Below the pieces are notes generated by a model. That model was given only the letters and a program-made list of their open reading frames with translations, ran no database searches and was not told the origin of the DNA. A stretch of DNA of 64,000 bases, from the IMG/VR virus record IMGVR_UViG_2974789816_000001; one strand, written 5' to 3'. The DNA comes from a virus. Taxonomy: Duplodnaviria; Heunggongvirae; Uroviricota; Caudoviricetes; Crassvirales. Below, piece by piece: positions 8,185-18,200 of this stretch. The first letter of the stretch is position 1. The number at the start of each line of letters is the position of its first letter. The translations under genes and the position numbers were made by a program.

Positions 8185-10956
8185 ATGGTTAATAGAAAAG
8201 TTATAAGGAAACACAATAGTCCTGTTACTACTGGTATCATTAATAGATATGATGATGGTGGTAGTATATGGGACATTAGCAAGCTTTTTACCAAAGAAAA
8301 CTTAGGTAAACTAGGTCTTGGATTATTAGGCCCTGCTGGTAATGCAGCAAATGGTTTAATAAGTAATGGACTAAGTTCAGGAGCAGGCAATGCAGTCAAT
8401 AAAGTAGGAAGTACTGTGGGTTCTGCCATTAGCACAGTCAACCCTTTATTAGGAGGCATTGTGTCTGCTGGTACTGGGTTGATAGGTGGTATAACCAATG
8501 CATTATTCGGTTCAAAGATTAATGAGGAAAATGTCAATAATGTCAGAAACTCCAATAATGCCCTGAGTACAGTTAAAGTTGATAGCAGTAGCAATGACTC
8601 TATACTTAATCAATGGTCTAATCAGGACTTTGGAGCAGACTTCTCCCAATCAGATATTGGGAAAGATGGATTGTTCAGTGACAAGGCAGAAGATTTATAC
8701 AATGAGTTGAAGAAGGAACAGGAGATAGCCAGAGGCAGGGCACTGCTAAGTTATGATAATGCAATAGAAAGTGCCGATAAGATGAATGATTTAAGAGCTA
8801 TGTCCAATTACATGGCAAAGGGAGGTAAGATTCATATCAAGCCTGAGAACAGAGGCAAGTTTACTGCCCTTAAAAAGAGGACTGGAAAGTCAGCATCTTG
8901 GTTCAAGGAGCATGGTACTCCTGCACAAAAGAAGATGGCTACCTTTGCCTTGAATGCTAGAAAGTGGAAACATGATGATGGAGGATGGATAGATGAAGAG
9001 TTTACTTTGCCTTATAGTGCCTATATAGCAGACAGGGTAAATAACATGGGACTTAATAACTCTCAAAAGGCTGCTGTATACAGTTCAATATATGGGGAAT
9101 CAAGGTTCAATCCCTATGCCTATAATCCCAGAGGTGGTGGAAAGGGAGCACATGGAATCATGCAATGGAGAGGTGCCAGAATACCTGAAAGCTCTTATCT
9201 GCCTAGCCAAATGGACTACTTGGAAAATACACTTAATAGTGTAGATAGGATGAATTGGTTGAGTAAGAGAAGTCTGAACAATTTCAAGAAATCCAATACT
9301 CCTGAGGCTTCCTCCTCTGCATTTGAAAGAGGATATGTCAGGGGAGAGGAGTTCTCTAGAACCTCTAAAAGAAAGAAGGCAAGGTCTGTATATGACAAGA
9401 TGCACACTCCCAGTCTGTCTGACTTATCAGATTATAATATGAGAACTATTACCAAACCTAATATACAAATACCTTTTAATCCATTTGGAGATGGTGGCCT
9501 CATGGGTACTCATGGAGCAGATTTTACCAATGGTGTCACTGTTATAAATAATGGAGGATACCATGAAGAGAATCCACATGAAGGAGTACAGATTGGGGTT
9601 GATTATAATGGAATACCTAATCTTGTGGAAGAAGGAGAGGTGATTTATAATGATTATGTATTTAGTAACAGGATTAAAGTACCTGATTCAGTGAAGCAGA
9701 AGTATAAATTGAAAGGTGGCAAAGGTCTGACATTTGCAGATGCTGCCAAAAAGATTCAAAAGGAATCTGAGGAAAGGCCCAATGACCCAATAAGCAAGAG
9801 AGGGCTGGAAGATGGTCTTATAAAGTTAATGCAGGAGCAAGAGGCTCTTAGAGGACAGGGGCAATATGGACTTGAAGGAGTACAATATGCAGAGGGAGGT
9901 CTTATACCTGATGATTACACATATACTCCGGTGTTTGGTTCTTGGAAATCAGGAGAGATGCCAGAGGTTACAGCTACAGCAAAGAGACCCAGCATGATTA
10001 AATATGTGGATTATAATATACCTTCTACCATAGAGCCTATAGGTATTGATGGGCTTTATGCAGGATTTAGTGGCTTGTCCCCTATGGAAATATCAGGTAT
10101 TGGTGAAGTAGGATATGATATACCTTCTAATGTGGAAGGTACAACTCCTGCTAAAGTTAGGGTACCCAAAAGAAAGGGTAATACAGATAGAAGAGGATTT
10201 GATGCTACTTGGCTAAGATATGCACCTGTAGTAGGTTCTGCAATAGGATTGGGTCAAAGTATATTCAGCAGGCCTGATTATACAGGACCTGATGCAATCA
10301 TAGAGGCTGCAAACAAAGTAGGTAATTATGTTCCTGTAAGCTATAAGCCAATAGGGAATTATCTGCAATATAAACCACTTGACAGGAACTTTTATATAAA
10401 TAAGCTTGGTGCACAGGCTGGTGCAACAAGAAGAGCTATTATGAACTCTTCAAGTCCTTCAAGGAATGCCGCACTACTTGCAGCAGACTATAATGCACAA
10501 GGCAAGTTGGGAGACTTGGCAAGACAGGCTGAGGAGTATAACTTGGCACAGAGACAGATGGTAGAGCAGTTTAATAGAGGAACCAATCAAGCAAACTCTG
10601 AGATGGGGCTTAAAGCTGCAATGGCTAATCAGGAGGCTGCACTAAAGGCAGGAAGTACAAGGCTAAGTGGTATTACACAAGCTATGGCAATGAGAGATGC
10701 AATAGATGCAAGAAGAGGTGCAAGTATGAGTGCTAACCTGACTAATCTGTTTGACTCATTGGGTAATATAGGAATAGATGCTTATAACAGGTCTGACAGG
10801 GATATGCTAATCAACTCAGGGGTATTTGGTACTCTAAGCCAGAAACCTAAGGAATGGAGTAAAGAAGAGTGGGAGGATTACAAGATGTCTGTAGCAGGAG
10901 GCAAGTATTCTAAAGGAGGAAAATTAAAGAAGAGAAGAGGAGGTCTCACTTACTAA
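8185..10956 (+). CDS. Tail/virion-associated protein with a lytic-transglycosylase (SLT/lysozyme-like) domain and a Gly-rich N-terminal region. The listed ORF starts at TTG 8164, inside the promoter motif; ATG 8185 (MVNRK...) is the more likely start.
   Basis: Motif ...GESRFNPYAYNPRGGGKGAHGIMQWRG... (catalytic Glu-Ser followed by GIMQ) is typical of SLT-family transglycosylases. N-terminal block GLGLLGPAGNAANGLISNGLSSGAGNAV... is glycine-zipper-like. Confidence 0.55.
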   Translation: MVNRKVIRKHNSPVTTGIINRYDDGGSIWDISKLFTKENLGKLGLGLLGPAGNAANGLISNGLSSGAGNAVNKVGSTVGSAISTVNPLLGGIVSAGTGLIGGITNALFGSKINEENVNNVRNSNNALSTVKVDSSSNDSILNQWSNQDFGADFSQSDIGKDGLFSDKAEDLYNELKKEQEIARGRALLSYDNAIESADKMNDLRAMSNYMAKGGKIHIKPENRGKFTALKKRTGKSASWFKEHGTPAQKKMATFALNARKWKHDDGGWIDEEFTLPYSAYIADRVNNMGLNNSQKAAVYSSIYGESRFNPYAYNPRGGGKGAHGIMQWRGARIPESSYLPSQMDYLENTLNSVDRMNWLSKRSLNNFKKSNTPEASSSAFERGYVRGEEFSRTSKRKKARSVYDKMHTPSLSDLSDYNMRTITKPNIQIPFNPFGDGGLMGTHGADFTNGVTVINNGGYHEENPHEGVQIGVDYNGIPNLVEEGEVIYNDYVFSNRIKVPDSVKQKYKLKGGKGLTFADAAKKIQKESEERPNDPISKRGLEDGLIKLMQEQEALRGQGQYGLEGVQYAEGGLIPDDYTYTPVFGSWKSGEMPEVTATAKRPSMIKYVDYNIPSTIEPIGIDGLYAGFSGLSPMEISGIGEVGYDIPSNVEGTTPAKVRVPKRKGNTDRRGFDATWLRYAPVVGSAIGLGQSIFSRPDYTGPDAIIEAANKVGNYVPVSYKPIGNYLQYKPLDRNFYINKLGAQAGATRRAIMNSSSPSRNAALLAADYNAQGKLGDLARQAEEYNLAQRQMVEQFNRGTNQANSEMGLKAAMANQEAALKAGSTRLSGITQAMAMRDAIDARRGASMSANLTNLFDSLGNIGIDAYNRSDRDMLINSGVFGTLSQKPKEWSKEEWEDYKMSVAGGKYSKGGKLKKRRGGLTY

Positions 10957-10957
10957 T

Positions 10958-12265
10958 ATGGCAAATTATAGTTTGGTTGTAAATAGCAAGTTCCAGCCTT
11001 TCTCTTTTGACAGGTACTTGCAACCATATCAAATATATGGTCAGAATTATAAGGAAATTGAGGAACAATATACTGACTTGTCTACAAAGGCTGGTATATG
11101 GGATAGCTTAGCCAATGAGCAGACTGACCCACATACCTATAAGATGTACAAGACCTATGCAAATGATTTGGAGAATCAAGCCAGTCAGCTTGCAAGTGAA
11201 GGACTTAATGCTATAAGTAGGAAGAATATGCTCAACATGAGAGCAAGGTACAGTAAGGAAATTATTCCTATTGAGCAAGCATATAATCGAAAAAGCAAGT
11301 TAGCAGAAGAACAGAGAAAGTTAAGAGCAGCTAATCCATCAATCATGTTTGACAGGGATTTCTCTTCAATATCATTAGATGACCTTCTAGACAATCCAGA
11401 GTTAAGTTATACTTCAGTTAGTGGAGATGATTTATATAAGAAAGGTAAGGAAGCTGCTATATCTGCATCATCAAGAATGATGAATGTATCTCCTGCATTA
11501 CAAGGTCAATACTGGAAGATAAAACAGGGATATGGAGCAGATGCAGCTAATAAGTTCTTATTAAACCAATCTAATATACCTGAACTTAAAGATGCTATAA
11601 ATAGAATAGTATCACAGTCAGGAGTTACAAAGGAAAATTTAAGTAGAGCTATAGACTATACTATAAGTGGTATAATGTCTGGAATATCATATAATGAAAG
11701 TTATCAAGCTAATAGGGGATATATAGACCCAGCAGAAAGAGAAAGATTAGCTTTAGCTAGAGAACAGTTTGAGTGGTCTAAGGATAGATGGGAAAATGAG
11801 CAGTTAGGAGCTGAATTACCTAATGGAGATAGAGTTAAAGATGTTGGAGGTGGAAGAGTTAGGATAACACACCCTGATGGAAAGGTTGAAATTATGGCTG
11901 CCCCTAAATCTACTAGTGTCTCAAAAGGTCAGAATAAAGATAAGAAGCCATTCTCTGGATTACAATTTAAGATGTGGAACAACTCTAGTGCTACTATAGA
12001 TTTCCAAGAAGGATTATCTAATGAAGAGTGGACTACTAAGAGAAAGGGCTTTGATACAGGAGATGAAGAACAAATATCATTTACTGACCTAAGTAACTCA
12101 ATGCAGACTAATTTGGCAGCTAAGTTAGCTGAGTATGGCTTAACATTTGATGATGTAGAAGTATGGAGAGACCATGACTCATTCTCAGATGACCATTACC
12201 AAATAAGATTAAAACAAAGTGAATCAAATACATCTCAAGAACCTATAGGGTTTGGAGATTTATAA
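10958..12265 (+). CDS. hypothetical virion protein
   Basis: 435-aa ORF whose start follows the 930-aa gene's stop by 1 nt. Confidence 0.45.
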   Translation: MANYSLVVNSKFQPFSFDRYLQPYQIYGQNYKEIEEQYTDLSTKAGIWDSLANEQTDPHTYKMYKTYANDLENQASQLASEGLNAISRKNMLNMRARYSKEIIPIEQAYNRKSKLAEEQRKLRAANPSIMFDRDFSSISLDDLLDNPELSYTSVSGDDLYKKGKEAAISASSRMMNVSPALQGQYWKIKQGYGADAANKFLLNQSNIPELKDAINRIVSQSGVTKENLSRAIDYTISGIMSGISYNESYQANRGYIDPAERERLALAREQFEWSKDRWENEQLGAELPNGDRVKDVGGGRVRITHPDGKVEIMAAPKSTSVSKGQNKDKKPFSGLQFKMWNNSSATIDFQEGLSNEEWTTKRKGFDTGDEEQISFTDLSNSMQTNLAAKLAEYGLTFDDVEVWRDHDSFSDDHYQIRLKQSESNTSQEPIGFGDL

Positions 12266-12274
12266 ATTAATAAT

Positions 12275-15200
12275 ATGGCTTTAGAAGGATTAAAAGGATT
12301 GACAGCTCAGGATAGAGCCAATTGGGAAAAGAAATATAGTGCATATCTTTCAGGAAAATCTTCTGATGAAATAGAAAGAATGTATAGAAATGAAATGTTT
12401 AAGGCAAAGTTTAAGGACAGAGAAGATTACTCTGCCCTTAAACAGATGTCTCCTGAAGAGAGGGATGCCTTTTATAATAAAAGCTATACTGATTCTATTG
12501 AAGCAGTTAGGAGAAGTGCAGAAAGATATAGTGCCAATAATGATTTATTTACTGTAAAGTCAGATGCAACTAGAGTCAGAGAGCCTATAAGATATGAACT
12601 GTCTCCTCAAGAGCAAGAGGCTTTCAAGGCTAAGTCAATAGCCTATGATAATGCTATGAGGAAGTATAGTAGTGATTATGCTAAAAATGCCTATGATAGG
12701 GACCATGCTGTAAAAGATATAAGAACTGTTACTGAGAGTGTATCACCATATTATAGAAAGTATAAAAACACTGATTATCTTCCCTTTACAAATAATGACT
12801 GGCAAAATATTGCTACTGAGTATAATGCCAAGAGAGATGCTTATGGAGAAGAAAGTGCTAATATATGGCTGCAAGGTAAAATGCAGGATACAGCATCAAA
12901 GAACCAAAGCTTGTTTGAAAAGGCATGGAATGGTTTTGTAGGAATGGGGGCATCAGCAGCAGGAGCACTTATAGGAACTTATGGTATGCTCAAAGGTGCT
13001 TATGACTATGTTGCTGGCAATTATAAGGATGTAAAAGGCCTGAATGGGTTTGAGAATTTTATGAATTCTGTAATGGATAATGATATTACCAGATTTGGTA
13101 ATGATGTTACCCAATACGGAACAATAAATAACTTAGATGAAGCTAAAAAGAGTGGATTATCTGAGTCGGAGGTAATGCAGACTCAAGGACAACAAAGTGG
13201 TTCAGATAGTTTATTTGACCAAATATTCAATGTAAATACTATACCTGTAGCCATGCAGTCAGGAGGATTTACTGTAGCATCTATGCTAGCTGGATATGGA
13301 GAGGCCAAGTTGGCTGGATGGGCATTTAAAGGTATGAAGGGTGCTACAATGTTAGGTAAGACAGGTAGTACTACTCAGAAGTTAATGCAGGCTAGAAACA
13401 CTCTCAATGCTATTCAAAAGGCTGAAAACTTTACTAATAAGTTTGTTATCCCTGGTCTTGCTGGAACTACTGAGGGTGTTATTGAAGGGCTTAATACTAA
13501 ACTAGAAGTTCTAGAGGACTCCAAGAAAAAAATAGCAGAAGCTCAATCTAAATATGTAGATAGAAGATTTAAGGAACTGTATGAGGCTGAGTATAATAAA
13601 AGAATGCAGGAAGCCTACAATAAGTCAAAACTCACTAGGAATAGAGAAACAGGAAGGATGACTTCTTCTTTTAACCCTAATAAAGAGTCAAAGAAGATTT
13701 TAGATGATTTATATAAGCAAGCTTGGGATGAATATTCATCTAAGTATAAAGAAGCCCTAAATCAGGCAGAGTTTGCTGCTAGTAAAGCAGGAGTTAATAA
13801 TTTCTTAGTGAACTCAGCTATTAATGGAGTAATAAACCAAACATTAAAAGCTGGATTGCAGTCTCCTACTGTACAGGGTACTCTTCAAAAGTCAAGACTA
13901 TTTAATTGGGCAACTCCTAAAGGTAAATTTGATATAACAGGCTCAGGTGCAAATACTACTGTAACTCCTAAGTATAGAGCTTGGAAACAAACTTGGAATA
14001 TAGCAAAAGAGCCACTTGGTGAATTTACAGAAGAGTACTTACAGAGTGTATCTAATGCTACAATGAGTGGAGGTGCAGCCAATAATATTCATCAGTTTAT
14101 TGAAAATAAATATAATGGTGATGGCTCTGCTGAAGTAGGTGATTATATGGCTGGAGATTTTACAGCAGCCCTACTATCTATGGGTGAATCTATGGTAGAT
14201 AATGAAACCATTAAATCAGGTATTTATGGTGCTATATCTTCAGCTATGGGAACTCCTGTATTTAGAGGTGGAGATTATACTAAAAGAGTGAAAGGAAGTG
14301 ATGGTAAATACCATACTGAAATTGACTTGTCTAGAAGAGAAGGAGAGAGCAGGTTAGGTCATATAACCAGACTAATGCCTTGGAGAAGTGGTATCACTAA
14401 TGCTATAAGAGAGAATGCTGAGACAAAAAGACAATTATATGATGATGCTAAGACCTTAGAAACTTGGTTAAGAGACCCTAATAACAAAGCTAAGTTTGAT
14501 GGTATAGTAGGTACATATAACTGGGCAAAGCAGATGGAGAGTGATGCTAAAAGTAATGATGAGTTTGGATATAGAAACAGCTTGTTAGGTAAGACTATCA
14601 ATGATGTATTCATGTTAGATAAGATGAGGGGAACTCAGTATTATGATTCATTTATGAATGAACTTATTACTGTAGCTAACCTTGAAGAAGGTACAGAACA
14701 GGCTAATAGCTATATTAAATCTATGAGGGACAACATCAATACTCAAGATAGTAATGTTAGTGATACAGAAGTACTTAACCAGTTAAAGAGTAATGCCAAT
14801 AAACTACTTAATACTATTAACACCATACAGAAGGAGTCTGATAAGATAGATAGAACATTAGGCAATGTAGATGAAGATACAAAGCAAGCTCTTATATTTG
14901 GTCAGATGTCTTTGCAGGATTGGGATAGTAGAGGCAAGAAGATTGAATCTGAACTTGGTAATATAGCATCTCTTATAACTGACAGCTCTAAGCCTGTTAG
15001 TAACATGTCTCCTGAACTAAGAGATATTGTAAGTAGGCATGGCTCATTAAGTAGGGCTAAAAAAGTTAAGGAAGAGTTATCTAACTCCTTACAGAGCATT
15101 AGCAAGGATATTGATAATCTGAATAATAGGAAGGATAACCTTACAGACTCTGAAAAGAAAATCCTGAAAGAGAAGAAAGCTAAGCTGAAATCTATTAATA

Positions 15201-18200
15201 AGGTACTTAATACATTAAAGAGCATTGATAATGTAGAAGAGGAGTCTACTGTATTAAATGAATCTGAAATAATGGCTTTGCCTGCAATAGATAAAGCTAT
15301 TATGATGAATAAAGAAAATCTCTCAAATTATTCAGAGGAGCAAAGAGATATTATAAGTAATCTTATAGATAGAGGTACATCTAAGGATATAAACTTCTAC
15401 AATAAGATACAGGATGCTGGAAGAATGGAATTGGCTAAACAGTCATTCTTGACTCAATACAATGAGATACTGAGAGACCCTAACAGCTTTAATATGTATG
15501 TTCAAAAAGCTAAGCAGGCTGCATCTGATGTACTTACTAAGAAGAAGTATGAATCTATAGATAAAATATCTGATTATAAGGACTTTGCACTGGAGATGGA
15601 TAAACTTATGGATAATGGGTCTCCTAGAGAACAAAGACTTATAATAAATGCTCTATCCAAATCAAATAACTCTAATTATGAGAGATATAAGAATGATAGA
15701 AAAACTCTTGAAGGTTTATTTAATCAGATAGTAAATGATGATGCTTTTAGGGATATAGATGCTAATGATGCAGATATGTTTGCATTATCTCTACAGTATT
15801 TAAGTAACAATGGAGTTGATTTGAATGATGAGAATGCTGTTGTTAATTCACTGTCTGAAGTAGATAGTGATGATAACTCATTATTCCAAAAGTATGTAGA
15901 AGATATAAACTCTAACTCTCCTGATGAGACTAAAGTTGTATTTACTAGTATTGGTGAAGCAATACAGACTTATAAGGATGTAATGCAGAACTATAAAAGG
16001 GATGAAGATGAAAGAGCTAATAACTCTAAGCCAGTAGAGGTACAAAGTACTACAACAGAACAATCTGCCCCTGCTAAGCCTGTAAATCCTATGCCTGGCA
16101 TATTTGGTTCAGCAGCTACTACATTAGAGGAAGCCAATGAGTCTGCAAAGAAGACTGTAGAGGAACAGTCTTTACCAGCTGATAATACTACTTCAGCAAC
16201 TACAGATAATACAGTTGAGAGTAAAGAAGATAAGAAATCAGATGAAAAACCAGAACCATTTGATACTTCTTCAAGACAGGAGAGTAATAACTCTATAGAG
16301 GAATTTAGAGAAAACAGTAATGATGATGTAGCTAAAAGTGCTGAACTGGGGTCAAGAGTTATAAGAAACTCTTCTGATAATTATTCAGAAAATGCAAAGA
16401 ATACAGCAGAGGAAATACTAAACAGCTTCAGTAAGAATGAGTTTGAAAACCCAGATGAGTTAAGTGAAGCTTTAGTACAAAAGGCTAATCAGTTAGATAC
16501 TTCAGCTGATGAAAATGATGAGGATGCTATGCAGGCATCTGCATTACTGAGGCAGGCTGCATCTAAAATTACAAACCAAACTCAGGAAAGAAAAATAAAG
16601 GAAAAGGAGGAAGAAGAGAGAGCTTCAGAAAACAAGAAACCTTCACTATTTGATAGAGCAAGGCAGAAGACTCAAGATACCAATAGAAGCATATTTGATA
16701 ATAACTCAATGTCTTCTTTAATAGACTCTTCAGATATACAGTGGTTAAGGGAGAATTACCCAGATAGCCCAATAGTTAAATATTGGGATAAGAACAATAT
16801 AGAGTCTTTTATAAGAAGTGGAAAGTTAAAGACTGGTAAAGATGCTACTAGAGTATATTTTGTAACAGATAATATATTAGCTCAAGAAATAAAAGCTAAT
16901 ATGGAATCTAATGGAGCTAATTATACTAACTTGGATATTCCTATAATAGCAGTGGTTGAGGATGAGAATGGTACATTAATCATAGATAACAAGAAGTATC
17001 AGCCTATAGGTACTTTCCCATCAACTAATACTAGTAATTATAAAGGTGTAGGAAATGTAGTAAGGATAAGAGAGTTAGTGGGAAACCAAAAATCTGGAAA
17101 ACTCATAAGGGATAAGAATGGTAATATACTGACTTCAACATTAGCATCAATAGTTGCTAAGTCTCCTGAAAGAGTACCAGTAGGTAAACCTAATAATAAT
17201 GCACAAAATCTATCTTTTAATATTTTAAGTAAGGAAGACCAAACCTCATTAAGAAGTGTCCCAAAGAGGGATAGGTATAAGAATCCTATATATGCTAAAA
17301 TGAGAAAAGCATTTCTTGATAGATTAGGATTCTCTGAAAGTAACAAGTACCTATATGTAAATGTACCTAATTTGAAAGATAGTGTAAAAGACTTTAGAGT
17401 ATTTATAAAGTCTATTTCTAACACTGTTGACAGAAACTCTAATAAGTCTATAGTAGAATTATTTAATGAGGGTGATATAAATGCCCTATTAAATTCTAAT
17501 AGTAGGTTAATCAAGGCAGGTACTATATTGGATGAAATGTCTTCCAGCTTTCCTGATAACTCTGAAATTACATTAGATAGAGTAGATGGGCAATTAGTTC
17601 CTACTGGTGAGTTTGCTGATAGATTAAATGAGCTGTCTAATACTCTGACTAGAAAGATGAATAACCATCTTATTCTACCTAATCAGAATTGGAAATATGT
17701 AATATCACCTACTGAAGAAATATTAGAGGATGGAAGAAGAATGTTCTCTATAAGTATCTCAGATGATAATACTACTATACTAGTAGGTAGGATAACTAAT
17801 GGTACAATGTCTCCACAAACTAAGTTTGAGTTCTTTAGGAATCTTATAATGGATGGAACTGAAACTAGGAAGAGGGGAAACTTTGATTTTATAAAGTGGC
17901 AGGTAGAGTACCCAAAAAGTGGAAATAGTGTAGATACTGTCAAGGGAAATCTAGCTAATGCCTTTGATGATGGTATATTGGAAATGAGTAATGAAGGTAT
18001 AGAGTATAAAGTTAAGGGAATAGAAGTTAGGTCCCCTTTCACTTCTACAGGTGAAACTATAAGACCAGTAGAAGTATCTAACCCAAGTAATGCTACTCCT
18101 TCTACTCCTGTTAATACTCCTACTGTATCAGCTACTGACCAAGTGCAATCTGATAAAGCTATAATAGATAGTGAGACAGGTACTGTACTTGAAGGAAAGG

